In this document: positions 14,026 through 27,594 of the stretch, piece by piece
Layout of the letters: each line of letters starts with the position of its first letter
Numbering within the stretch: the first letter of the stretch is position 1
Source of the DNA: Sphagnum compactum
Lineage: Eukaryota
Reading direction: 5' to 3'
Length of the DNA stretch: 64,000 nucleotides
Assembly: GCA_965153455.1 (NCBI GenBank)
Contig: OZ234493.1
Location: forward strand, 32,850,213-32,914,212
Program-made: the position numbers and the translations under genes
Notes under the pieces: model-generated
What the model saw: the letters and a program-made list of their open reading frames with translations, nothing else
Database searches by the model: none
Told to the model about the DNA's origin: nothing

Positions 14026-14599
14026 AATATGTGCATGAATATATGTAATGGGTATATACATTGATGTATCATGTATAAATATGGTTTACGAAACATATAT
14101 GATGATGGTGAATATTTTCAAAATATGTTGTTAAGAAAATCCAAACCAAATGTAAATAATAACAATAATTTTAAATCACAACATGTATTTTTATCACAAC
14201 ATGTCGTGAAAAAATTACAAGCGGTGACCAAAAAAAGAGGAAAAAAAAACATTAAAAACATGTTACATGATGACATGACATGTTAATCCACATCATATTA
14301 CATTGGGACCTCATAATATCCATGTCATTTTTTTCAAATTAAAAATTACCTAATCTAACATGTCACTATCCAGAACAATTAGAAAACAGTTCACTAAAAA
14401 TGTCCTAATCAACACATAAGTTAAATATTAGTGAACTTTGTGCCATTTCACTAAAAACATAGTAGATTTGGGTAGTGGAAAAATCCAAGATTTCTTCTTG
14501 TGTTATTTGTGAAAAACAATGTAAAGAAAAACCTTTCACCTTCAGTGTTCACTAACATAGTAACCATAAACAATTCAATAAACTTAAGTCACTTTGAAA

Positions 14600-15500
14600 A
14601 TTTACTAGAAATAATCTAATTGTCAACCCACAATGCCCATGTTTGCGAATTCAAATTACAATCAATGGGTGGTTTAAGCTACAACTACATTTCACATCAT
14701 TGTCATTTTTATAAAAAAAGTGTGTTGATCCAGCAAAGTCTCATAAAAAACAAGGGGAATGAAAGCAAAATTAATCCTTATATGCCTCGAATAATAGTAA
14801 TGGGACTTTAGAAACCTATAAAAGCCAAGAAGATATGTTCAATTTTTGGTTGCAACCAAAATTTGTGATATATAATGCCAGTGGCATTCATGATTTCTTG
14901 TGAAGGGAACCTACATTCTAATTCTTTAATTAGCCCACAAGCAACATTGTTGCATTAATTTTTGACCTCTTCCACAACCGAGAACCAATCCGCCCTAGAA
15001 ACCCAACTCAAAACCCCAATTAGTGTACATCTTTCATGCTACATATAAGTGTGGCCAAATAATGAAAAATATATGGTCAATCCCAAATGTGGGTTTAATA
15101 ACTTAGTCATAATGCAAAGCATCATTGTAATGTTCAATGGTGTCCAAGAATTGATTAAAATATTTCAACTCATATTTATTTTATTTGTTGCAATACATTT
15201 GACATAAATCCCCTTCATAGGTCCTCACACAATATCAACAAAATCACATATAAATGCATCACAAATTTGAACAAACTTAAACAAACCCTAAACACATTCA
15301 AACATCGGGATAATGTAAGTTAGAGCCAAATCACCCTAATATCACATAATTCAAAGTTTGCCTTCATAGAAGCATTCACAACTTGTTCTTCAAACTTCTA
15401 TACCACCAAACTATGCATTGCACAATTTTTTGTTTGCATTCAATATGCCAAACAAACTTAACTTGGTCAAAAAATAAGATTTACTATGCATTAAACCATA
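14600..15500 (-). mobile_element. Decayed hAT-like (ZNF862-type) transposase remnant
   Basis: Minus-strand peptides LALTYIIPMFECV*GLFKFVQICDAFICDFVD and LIKELECRFPSQEIMNATGIIYHKFWL, with stops; family assigned from motif memory. Confidence 0.5.
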
Positions 15501-16129
15501 TTACCTTTCATTTTTGGCATGCTAGCTTGTAGAGGACATGTAATACTCCCCAATAGGGTGAAAGCACACTACGGTAATACATTTTTGGTAAAAAATGTAC
15601 AATTTCAAATACAATTTGTATTTTTGGGGTGTTTCAGACACAAGTAGTTTCAAAGAGTAGTATTTGTGACAACAATATTTGACGTAATGTGCTTTCACCC
15701 AATAGTTACCCCAATTTAACAATAATGGCCTTGCAATGCCCAAATGCTTTTGGAGGCCATCAAATTTCAAAACCATGAGTTTCTTTCAACTTTTTATGTT
15801 GTTGCAAACATTACCCATGAACATCTTCCCATTGGCCCTTAACATTAGCATAGCCCAAGGCAACTTAACAACCTAAACATCTTGGAAAACGTTGTTTAAC
15901 TTTCATTCAATTTTCCTAGGCATCTTGGGCTTTGGAAAAACTAAATTAGGATTTATGATAATAATTTTTTTCTTTTGATGACTTGGACCATGATTCACGA
16001 CAACTTTAGGAGGTGATTGAACTTTCCCACACACATCATATTATTTCCTTGCACTTGCAATAGGGTGCAAGGCTTATGATGTTTGAAAGACATTTATTGT
16101 AAAATCTTCATAAGATTTTGGGCCTATTG

Positions 16130-16785
16130 TCTAGGATGTTTGGCTTAGGGTGTTTGTAACACTTTTGGCTTAGGGTGTTCATGGGACTTTTGGCTAAGTG
16201 TCTTTATAAAACATTTGGCTTCACATGCTCATTGGACTTTTGGCTTAATGTTTTTACAAGCGTGCTTATTGGACTTTTGGCTTAATGTTCTTCCAAAACA
16301 TTATTGGTTAAGGTATTTGTGGGACCTTTTCAATGGCCTAGGATACTTTGGTTCAAGCATTTTGGATATATCTTTCACCAATGGCTTAGGATAGTTGGCT
16401 TAGGGTGTTTGTGTGGACTTTTCACTAATGTCACTTAGACATTTGGGTCAGGGATTAAGAATTTCGGCTTCAAGCCTAGGACATTTGGCTTAGGACCTAA
16501 GACTTTTGACTCATGAGTTAAGACTTTTCATTTAAAAGCATAAAACATTTGGCTTGGAATCCTATTGTATCCAAAATACCTATACAACCTCAAAAGAAAA
16601 TTAGATCTTTTACAATAGTAGTGATATTGATTGAACTTAAGGTATTTGTGTGGGGCCTTTCAATGGCCTAGATCAAATGTAAGGTATTTGTGGGACCTTT
16701 TCAATGGCCTACAACAATTGGCTCAAGTTATTTGGATACATTTTTCACCAATGGCCTAAGACGATTGGCTTACGGTGTTTGTATG
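16130..16785 (+). repeat. Degenerate minisatellite, unit ~TTTGGCTTAGGGTGTT/GGACTTT, with a longer internal duplication (~16310-16420 vs ~16680-16785)
   Basis: Many TTTGGCT(T)A(G) copies at ~25-30-bp spacing. Confidence 0.65.
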
Positions 16786-16946
16786 ACATTACTGTCACCA
16801 CTGTACAATGATCTAGTTTGCAAAACAAGGATAGATAAGTGATATCATTAATTGTATATCATAGAGTTAAAGTCTATGAATTCAAGGATTCAACATTTAA
16901 AAAAAACTTATATTGTTTGTTATACAAGTAATGGTATGAGATGAAA

Positions 16947-17925
16947 TAGATATCTTTCATAAGAATAGCGAAATCTCCATTCTCACGATGAAAAAAAAAC
17001 AACAAGGCTAACATTTCCTTAAGAAGCCACAGAAAGAACCAAACAAGGGGAGACAAAAAAAAACAAAAAATGAAAAACACACACCAGTACGAACAAAAGT
17101 GCCAATCTCACACTTGTTTAGGGACCATCAACAATAGTATGTATGATAGTGACTTAACTATCACAACTTCCCCACTGACTTCATCAGCTCCCTATAATGG
17201 GTAAAGGCCGGTGACAAGCACCATCCTACAAACTGAGTTTTTGCTGCAATTTCGGAAGCAACGGAAAAACTCAGCCATACTACTGGCTAGCAACAGACCC
17301 CACAACAAAGATCAGACAAAGAAACAAAGAAAGAAAGAAAGGGAAAAGAACATGGAAAGACTAAGAACAAATGGGCTTACATGAAGCTCCCCACTTACAA
17401 AACCCGGAGCAAAATCATTCTGAAATGCCAAAAGCTGAAATTCCAAACAGGAAATTTTTTTTAAAGACCAACCCTCTAATTCTCTTTAGAAGAACTTTTA
17501 AAAGGTAGCCTTTTGCCTTCAGAAAGACAATAAGACTGACCATCTGGAAGACAAAAAACTTCTTACAACTATAAAGCCTCAAGAATCTGTAAAATTGACT
17601 ATTGATAACCCCCAGCTTTGCAGTCATTGAGATATTGGAATGAACATGAGGCATTCTAATCATTTCAATACCTGCGTACTCTAGTTGAGAACGCTTGTCA
17701 AAAATGTCACAGGATAAACCTTGAGGACTCTGTCTCACAGTTAGATCCAAGAAATTACAAGAGTAGCCTTTAGATGTACAATTCAACTCACAAGAGGTTT
17801 TTGGGTATATGCCACTACCAAAAGAGTCTTGGTTAAGGTACACGAAGTTCTCAAAATCTGGAAATCAGGAACAAAAAGATCATCCAGAAACCTACGAACC
17901 AAGGACAAACTATGAAACACAACAG
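16947..17925 (-). mobile_element. 5'-truncated Penelope-like retroelement (Naiad/Chlamys-type), copy A
   Basis: Encodes LVRRFLDDL (RT catalytic xxDD), NFLDLTV and CDIFDKRS...MPHVHSNI...GVINSQFYRFLRL...KGY (PLE RT thumb), followed by a ~450-bp non-coding tail. Flanked by the 9-bp direct repeat GAGATGAAA (16938-16946 / 17926-17934). Confidence 0.8.
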
Positions 17926-20169
17926 GAGATGAAAATGCAAGTTCTTGTTAAGATCAAGTTGCAGACAATGCTCTAGCTATGGAAGACATTAGGGAACCAT
18001 CAACCTCTACAACTAATCTTGTCAAGAATACCAATTTGCAATGACTCTCATCAATAAGAACTTTGAAAACTACAGTTATGACCATAGGAGCTTAAGGCAA
18101 ATCGTAGTCGCAAAATTGACAACATTTCTTGAATGTCTAAACTATCATCCTACTGGAAAAAAAGGTTGCAATTCAACCTTGTCATAAAACACCTATGTCA
18201 TCTCCAAATGCTTATGTGACCATTCATCATTCTCACAAAACAAGAAAAACGATTAACTTCTATGAACCTTTGTAAATCAACAACCTCAAAAGAAGAATCC
18301 AAAGTTCATTAATTTAATACAAGCAACAAACACATGTTGACAACTAATCATATATGTAATTTCAACGAAGTGACACTTGGGGATAAACACATACAATATT
18401 GTAATCACGAATGCAACAATTTCAATTTCATAAAGCTTTATCTTAGGATGCACATATATGCAGGTGCACACATATATTTTCCAACCAATTGACAAGTTGT
18501 AAGTGATGACATAACTAATCATAAATTGGGATAATGATTAGTATTCGACACAAAATGAAAGAAACATATTGTGGTAAAACAAATTTGAGATGATGGGCTT
18601 GAAATTTGCAATAAACTAAAACTACAATTATCAAATGTAGAAATTTGTAGCTTTTGCAACAATGGCACCATTTACAATCCAAATAACACACATGCATCAA
18701 CAAGCCACTAAGCAATAATGACACATCCCAATTTTCAAAACAAGAGAAAAAGATTAGGCTCAAATATATATCTATATTTTAAGCATCATTAGAACCCAAA
18801 ATCTAAACAATAATATCCAAATTTGTTGCAAACAAGAAAAAAAGACCTTTGACATAGAATTCTCTTATGGCAATTCAATGAAAACGTATAATGTTCTAAA
18901 GGCACAAGAATAAAAATAATTGTGCATGTTTCAACAACAATACATGCCATTGCCTTGGGCTTGTTGAAGTAAATTTAGCACCCTTGAAAATGTGAATTTG
19001 AAATGAAATAACTTGATGGGGGGTTGAACCCCAATCCCAAAAGGATGTTGCTAATTGCAACTGAAATTCTACTTGCACACCAACCCATTAAACATCGCAC
19101 TGAACCTTAAAATCAAATGTAAATGTTGCACTTAAAGTTTGAATTTTGCAAACAAGATGGGCAACACAAAAATCAATAAAATGTGATACACATTATTAAG
19201 AGAAAAACGCATAACAAACACATAATGAAAACCCAACATTTTAATTAATGTGAACATTGTCATACAATATTAGTATGGAACCAAACCAATTAGATTCCCA
19301 CTAGCAATAATTATATTGCATCAAATCAAAAACCTCATCAAAACCTAGTCACATATCCCATAACATGTCCAATTGTCACTCCATTACAAATTGCTATGTA
19401 GAAGGGAAATGATTCTACTGAACAAAAGGTTTGCCCATACATCCTGACAACAAGGTCAATGTGAATATTTAATCTATTTCGAAGCTTTTTTTATAATGAA
19501 AACAAGGTTGGAGAATTTCTGCTCATCCTTCACATTACCATGAACCATAACCATGCATATGTTCACAAGCTTAAACCAATTGGAAATTTTGAATAATATT
19601 ATTATGTTTATATTTGTATAATAAAAATTCAAGCACCCTATTTACATTTATTAAATGATAAATTTTACATTTTTTCAATTTGTTGCACCTTATAATATTT
19701 TGCATGTCATTTGGAATGGAAGCAACTTCCCATGTTCCACAAACTAGAAAATTAATTGTGAATCAAAATATGATTTTTTAATGAAAAGTTAATAAATGAA
19801 AATATCAACCTTTGGTGTAGATGAAATAGAAGAAGTTGAACAATGAAAATCAAACAAATGTTGAAATTCTCGTCAACACTTAAGGACATTCATTAGTAAT
19901 GGGAGTTGAACATTTTTATAGAGGTTTGACTAGGAGCTAGAAGTGATAACACAATGTAATTATGCATGCACTTGAATGTCATGATGTAACAAGACAAAGT
20001 TTTGATGACATCAAGCTTGCACCACTTGACATAATCTTGGAACATGCAAAAGGGTCAGACCAATCCTAAACATGGGGTAGTGTTACTTATTGAAAACTCA
20101 CCACATTAGGAAGAGTCAAAAACTTACAAATTTGCAAAATGTAATCCCAAGGTCAAGATGACTCAAAGG

Positions 20170-21060
20170 ATTTAAAAATCTATTAGTTCAAAATGGGTTT
20201 TTTAAATCAATTAAGCAGATGGGGAAATATATAGGTATAAAGAAAGACTAGTGGCTAAAGGTTTTCTCAAACTCATGGCATTGATTTCAATGAAACATTC
20301 GTGCTTGTGATGGAATTTGTTTCTATTCATACAATCTTATCACTTGGAGCAGCACTTGATTTTGAATTACACGAAATGGGCATCAAATATGCCTTTTTGA
20401 ATGGGGATTTGGACAAAAGCATTTACATGACACAACTTGATGGCTATGAAGTTGTTGAGCATACAAATTTTGTTCTCAAATTTTTTAAAACTCTATGTAT
20501 ACAAACTTAAGCAAGCATAATGGGTTTGGAATGCGACTTAGATTGATGGATTCCTCATTTGAAGGTTTGGTTTTCATAAATGTGAATTAAATGTTAACAT
20601 TTATGTTTTGAAAAAAAAGAAGGGTGCATATTATTGACCTTATGCATTAATGACTTACTCAACATTAGCAAGGATTTGTGGGGAGTAAATAATGTGAACG
20701 ATTTTTTGTCATGTGAATTTGTGGTGAAAGACTTCAAAGAAGTAGAATATTGTTTGGGCATTGAAATAAAGATGATGGATTGATTGGTGAAGAACGTATG
20801 ATTGGGGCAACCAAAATACATTCATGAAATGCTACTTTGATTTGGTATGAGCGATTGTAAATTAGTTTACACATGATTTGATACATGAATGTCAAGTTTT
20901 TTACAATATAAAAAACCGTGACATAGGAGGAACAAAAATGATGGAATACATTCTTTTTGAAAAGCTATTGGTGGATTCATGTACATGACAATTATTATGA
21001 GATTAGATTTGGCCATGATGGTTAAAGGAATGGTAAGCTAGTTTGTGCATGGTAAGTTGT
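20170..21060 (+). mobile_element. Decayed Ty1/copia reverse transcriptase (RVT_2) fragment
   Basis: KWVF...RYKERLVAKGF, GIDFNETF and KYAFLNGDLDKSIYMTQ motifs with stops and frameshifts. Confidence 0.85.
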
Positions 21061-22329
21061 GAAGAGAAACCCATGTTACTTCTGTTGTTTTGAAAATATA
21101 TTTTTGTGCAAGTAAGGGTATATATAATTTTTCAATTTATTTATCCATTGAGTAAGGGTACATTAAAATTCAAAAAAATTCATCATGTTAAGGTTTAATT
21201 ATACAAAAATTAAGTTTCTTGGTAAATGGGCAGGGTTTAGGTACTGGCCCTTTATCATATACCCTTTTGGGGTAAAAATGGGTATGTGTTTATTTATTTA
21301 AAAATAGAGGAAATTTTCCACATTTTGGAAAATAAAATCATTCATAGGTCAAATATAATGTGAAAATGAAACAATTAAAGTATTTGATTCATCCTTGATT
21401 AGGATAAACATGCCTATGATTGAACACTTAATGTGTCAAATGAAAATGATGACATGGTTGATGGTCAATTGATGATGGAGTTTTCAAATAATTTGTAACT
21501 AATTTTTGGGTGCTCTAGTAGGCTTTTGAATAATCTAATTTTGTTAAGTAATGGGTAAATTTTGGGTTCCAAAATAGGGGGTTCTTCCATTTGAAATATA
21601 TCCTTACCACACATACCTACCATTCCTACCATCTACACTTTGACCAAATGTTAATAACCTTCAATTTTATCCCATATGGTTTGTTCAAAATTTTCACCTT
21701 TTCATTTATATAGTTGGGCCAAAGAGGAGACTCTTCATTTTTACAAAGAAATTTATATTTTGCGAAGCTTCCAATTTGTTTTCTTGTGATGGGCCAATTA
21801 AATTTGTTAATTTTCAAAAACCAAAACAAAACAAAACAAGGGACTTGGGACACACCCCATTTGATTAATAGAAATTGAAAATTTAAGGTTTAAGGCATAT
21901 TCATCCTAATTTGTTTTATTCGAATACCAAAACATATTTGGTTATGGGTATTTTTTACATATAACTAAGGTTATGAATATGGTATAGTTTTCAAAATTCA
22001 CATATCCTTGGATATGTGTTTCATTAGGGTATGTTGATTTGAGGAAAATAGGTTAAGGTAAATAATATATCCCATTGATACATGATGAGTGTATCTAGAT
22101 ACAAGATATACCCACTCAACATTATTTACCTCCAATGAACTAAGGATTGAATTGGTTCCAATACAAGATTACAAGGGAAATTAATGTTTGAAGATATTTC
22201 AATTCATATTGAGGTGGAGATTTAGGCAGAAGAAAATCAATTACAAACATCTTTCTTTTGTATGATGGAAGAATAAGTCGATCTTCATGCAAATTTTGAA
22301 CTCTTAGTTCACAAATTCAGCTGGAAAAT

Positions 22330-22595
22330 GTGAATTAACTTTTGATAATTACATTTCAAGGACTTTCCAATAAATTATTGGGGGCCCAATTCGAACCATA
22401 TTTATTACCTGCATTTTAGTTCCAAAATTCAGAATTCAACAAGATTAGAACTCCCAAAATGGAAAAACCATTTGGGAATGTTAGAATTAATTCTCTCACA
22501 TTTGTGAAAATGTGTTTAAGTCCTCGGAAACTCTTATTTCACTCCCCCTCCCATGCTTTAACCTTGGCTGTGAACCTTAGGCTATGGTTGTGACA
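22330..22595 (-). mobile_element. Probable LTR fragment
   Basis: Minus strand begins TGTCACAACCATAGCCTAAGGTTCACAGCCAAGG, a TG-start LTR-like end; no partner LTR found in the window. Confidence 0.3.
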
Positions 22596-25311
22596 AAACA
22601 TATGGTTGTGTCTACGAGCAATTAGAAAGGCCATAGGGCTTCATAGTTTTCTTAATAAACTTGGTTCAATCATGATGGCACTATCATATTTCTAAACAAC
22701 CAAGGGTGTTTGTCATTCATCAAACATTTAATTCATTAATCGAGGACCAACCACATAAACATTCAACACATGTTTAAGAAATGGTGCACGCAAACGTAGT
22801 TTGATTTGAGTATATTTCAATCATTAAAATGGTTGCAAAATTCTTGACCAAGGCCATTCCCAAGTAGAAGCACTCTTGATGTATGTAAATGACAAGCCTC
22901 CATACGTTTAATAAAATTGATCACGTATTGGGAGCGTTAGAAAAGGCATATCAATTGTGAATCAATTAATAAAATGGTGATGGTGATTAAACTTGTAGTG
23001 AATCCACAATGATGGTGATTAACATAATCTCTCATGTTGTTTTTAGAAATAAATTAATTAGGATTTTACTTTTTAAATTGCTCCACCATGCAATGTGTAA
23101 ATAAGCTTCAATAAAATACCCTTGTAGTTTCTTTGTATTCTTGTGTTCCAACTTTTTGTTATTACATTTATGCTATTATTTTCAATTTCTTTTCAATTGG
23201 ATCTACAATCTTCATTGTGTTGGAAATTGTGCAAGTAGCACCATGGAGAACATTAGTGAAAGCTCGCAAACCTGGAAGTTCTTTGACCTAATTATTTTGA
23301 CTAGGTTAGGGGTTAAACCCACTTCTATGGGGTTTTTTTAGAACCATGGTTAACTGTCCATATACTCGTATCCACAAGTTTTTTATTTGAAAAAGAAAGA
23401 ACCTCCCACCATTGGGGTTAACTACAACTTACACTCCTACCCATTTGAAGACAATGTCATATAGACTCAAGTTAAGACACATAATGGCATTGACTCATAG
23501 TTGGGTACTAATTTACTTACTTTTTTGCTTCATGCAATTTTGGTTGTACCTTGGTGATGGTGGGGGAACTAAAGGTGAAGTAGTAGTTGGATTCAGCTTG
23601 TCATATTGGTTAAACAAGGACAAAGTTGTTTAGACTAGTGATGACAGAAGGGGTGCCCATGATGAGGGGGCTAAAAAGTGAGCTGTGTACATGAAAAACC
23701 CTCAAGCAACAAAACGGCCATTGGTGTCTTCAGTAATTTGATCAAAATTGTCATCAAGTTCTTTTGTGACAAAAAACTTGGGCACACAACAATCAAAACT
23801 AGGAACATATACATTAAATGGCAGAGCTTATATTAGAATTACCCACTGGCTTTGAGCCAGAAGCCACCTAAATTCCTATTGTAACTTAGAATAAAAAGCT
23901 TGAGGTCTCTGAGGGGTTAGATCTCTCCGATCTCTTTCTCTTGAACCCATTGGTCTTCTTGTTTTTTTCAATTACTTTAGACCTCACACACCCCAGAACA
24001 ACATTAAACTTAAAAAAAAACCCAAGTCCCAGACTGCACTTTGTGATGTAGACCCCTGAGTACAAAGAAATTGCATAAACCGGTACTAGAACACCACCCC
24101 CCAAATTGACAATACACAAAAACCAGCACACTTCAACCCCCATTGACTGCTTCATAAGTTTGACAAAGAATCATAACCCCCTTTCTGGATCCACATTGTA
24201 AAATTTGATAGAATGTGATTATTTTTCAGAGTTCCCAATAATTAGGGTGATCTCTTGTGATATGCAATTCAACAACATTCACACACAAATAAACATGACA
24301 CACCCAAAGTTGAAAAGATGACATATCACTCTTGAAACCCCTAAGATCTTCATCATCCCCTTCGTCATCAACTGTTAATCCACATCTTAAACTAAGTTCC
24401 AATCTATAGAAATACATGGCGCAACGGATTACTTAGTCCCTCGTCAACATCCAATCTAGCCTTTTCTTATTCATCTCCCCACCAAAAACAAAGAAAGAAG
24501 AATCCTAGTTATCTATCACCATCCTTCCTACATTCTAAACCAAATTTGCAAAGCTCCAAAAAACCAAAAAAAAAATTCCAATGCAAGTTCTCCCTCAAAA
24601 ACTTATTTGCCTTCCACCTTTTTTTTTCCCTCCTTCCATAGCCTTATGAGGTCCCTAGAAGACCTCTTTTGTTCCGATCAACCTCCTAGCGAAAATTCCG
24701 CCAACTCCCCCTTGCTTGGCAACTCCATCACCTCACATTCAGCCAATGTCCAACAACATCCCAAGTAAAAGAAAATGACACAAAAACATAAAAGCCATAA
24801 ACACGACCGCATCTTCATCACCTTTTTTCCTTGTCTCCATCATCGTCGTGTGTTTACACCCCCAGCCGAAAACAGGAAAAAATGTTCCTCCTTAAAACCT
24901 TAAAACTTTTCCCCATTCACATTCAAACCCTAAAGTTAAAAATTTGTTACACTTTTACATATATAGGAATAGGGCCCATGCAATTCTTAAGGTTCCATGT
25001 TGTGATTCTAAAAACATCAAAATTTTACAACAAATTAAAAATTGAGGATTGCATAGATATAGAGTTTTATAACTAATTACAAGTAATTAATTACTCATAA
25101 AGTTCAACTTGTCAAAAAGTTTCAACTTGATTGTTTAAAGAATTTGAATTTATGTTTAAAATCATTTTTTTCAAATCTCTGATACTGTTTCCAGACTTCG
25201 CAAAAGGTTAGTTCCATAATTCAATTCTTGTGTTAGTTCCACCAAAGGGATGCTGATTCACATCCAATCCCAAGAACCCAAAGCCCGAGTTCAACACTTC
25301 CAGAGTCCAAA

Positions 25312-25929
25312 CTACGGAACCTGCCAACACTGATCCAAACTTGAAACCCATTTTCACATTGCTTGAAGGCTGTACTTTGAACTCAAAGTACTTTGTATCA
25401 ATTGATGCTTATGGAGTTTATGATGTTAACTAGACTGCTGGGTACAATGGTTGAATAGAAACTGACTGAAGAAGAAAACTGCAGTTTCCCAAGTATACCA
25501 GATCTGTTGAATTTTGTGCTGGCAGAGGATCCTTGTGCACATCCTTCAAAAAATGCTTCTGAAATCATCACATCTCAGTTGCACAGGTTTTCAAAACAAA
25601 TTGTCTTGGGCTTCTAAGTAAAGCCCACTTACTTGTTTATTATTATAGGTTGTCGAATTCCCAATTTGAGAGGGAGTTTTTGGATCATTAGAGCCCCGGT
25701 CCACTGGCAGCAGCAAAACGGGCTGTGAAGTGTGCGCTAGTGTACTTTGGGTCCAAACTAGATTGTTCAAATAGTGTGCAAAATGGGTTTGGAGTTTGGA
25801 CCTGTATATTTGCACAAGATAAAGTGGTCTTGACAAGGCTAAGTATAAAATAATGGCTGAAGATGTGGTAACATTCAAGTAGCCTCTCACCTTATATGCA
25901 TGTCCAACGATTCATGTTTATGGGTGGGG
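25312..25929 (-). other. Candidate spliced exon chain (>=25891, 25801-25633, 25558-25499, 25320-...), short ORF or lncRNA
   Basis: Three consecutive short GT-AG introns (89, 74 and 178 nt) with donors GTGAGA, GTAAGT and GTATAC; the spliced frame is open for ~82 aa. Confidence 0.35.
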
Positions 25930-26308
25930 CTGTGAAAACAATCAACACTCCGCATTGCATGTGATGAACACTAGTAGAGGTCCAAATAAGCGGTGTGACT
26001 GAACACATATACTAAAGTTCTGTGTAAAGGACCTCGAACTGTGCACTGAAATGCATTGTTCCATCAAAACATGCCCAAGCCAGCATGAAACTTAATCTAC
26101 ACACAAGTCCAATAGGGACACAAACTCATTCTTGTGCCAAAAAACAAGGTTAAACAAGTTTGCTCCCAAGTTGGACCCAAGCTCTCACTTTGTCAAACAC
26201 AAGCACAGGAGGTGTTTTGGTAGACTCTTGGGCTTATGTTTTGGCAACGAATTATTGTTGTTGGTTGGCAAGGTCTCTTCTAGGTTTGGCGCTCTTTGAG
26301 AATTCTCT

Positions 26309-26626
26309 TTGTTGGCCTTGCCTTCATAGGCAAGGATATTGTGTTTAGATTCACTATAGAGTATAGTAGCTTAAGGGATTTTGGCCCCTGGGTGACAGGT
26401 CTATTTTTATATGGTGTATTTTTGAAAGATTATATTTTGGCTTGTGTTGAAACTTGAGATTAATTATAGAGTTATAATATCTTGAAGGGTTTTGGTTTCT
26501 TTTAGAGGATTTTTTGAAGATTATATTTTTGCATGGTGAAATATTTGAGTTTCCATAATTCTTCTTTTGCCTTAAGATATTTTAAAATGTAAATGGCAAG
26601 GCCACGGTGTGACACACCCCCTTGTT
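26309..26626 (+). mobile_element. ~320-bp dispersed element, copy 4 (best-preserved Helentron/HINE-like termini)
   Basis: 5' TTGTTGGCCTTGCCT-TCAT-AGGCAAGG hairpin; 3' GGCAAGGCCA, then a GGTGT-GAC-ACACC hairpin, then CCCTTGTTT. Confidence 0.78.
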
Positions 26627-27259
26627 TGATTTCCTTCACACGACTGATGAGGGGTTTAGGACCTAGGGCTTGGGATTTGGATTTTGACAACTACCATTTC
26701 CTCCCATTTGCTTTTTGGTGTTGTCTCAAGTTTGGAGGTTGGACCAACCTCTCTTTGTGTTCCTCCATTTCCCTTCTGAATTGGTGCTTTTTCTTTGAAT
26801 TAACTCATCTCAATAATTTCAGAGCACGGAGAGGCAGGCCAAAGAGAGGGTGATTTTAAGGATAACTTTATCATGGTTCACCCATGGTACACAATTGACC
26901 ATACCTGCCAATTTTTGGCAGGTTTTCAGGCAATCTTATTCATTGGCAGGAGTGGTTGAGACTTGAGACAGTCAATTCAGTCCATTTCCTACCTACCTTG
27001 GTTAGTTTATGACCTACCTATGGTCCTTTAGGCCACAGAACTTCTGCCAAATAAAATGGTCCGTTTTTAATTGCAGTCTGTGTTGGGTCTCTTTAACTCA
27101 TGCACCTGAAAATGATTTTTTTAATACTACAAATTCCACTCTTGAAAAAGCAAGTGTCATTTGTGTGTAATTCCAATTTTTTTGATATCATCAGTAATTT
27201 TAGTTGGGCTGCAAAATTGGCTGAATTTCGTTTGTAAATGAAGGTCCAATAAGTATTAA

Positions 27260-27551
27260 GAGCATCTCCAACCCACACCTGCAAACACCCCTTTTCATTA
27301 AATCTTGGAGCAGGATAGCGTACATCCTGCAGCGCCCCTGTATTGATGTCCATTTTGCAGTGGTCATTTCAACCCCTTTAAAATCTTTTTTCTACTATGG
27401 ATTTGGACAGTGACTATTACTCCTCCAGATGCAAATCATCTTTGACTATTTAAAGGGGCTTTTATGACGTTTGTGGGTGGGGACAGTGGTCATTAAACAC
27501 CATTTTATTTTAACATAGAGGAGTTGTTTCAGTTTTGGGGTGGAGATGCTC
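27260..27551. mobile_element. Tourist-type MITE (PIF/Harbinger)
   Basis: Perfect TIRs GAGCATCTCCA / TGGAGATGCTC, with TAA target-site duplication on both sides. Confidence 0.9.
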
Positions 27552-27594
27552 TAAGGAGTCAATAAAGTTATCTGCAAAGTCGACCGTCGATTAG

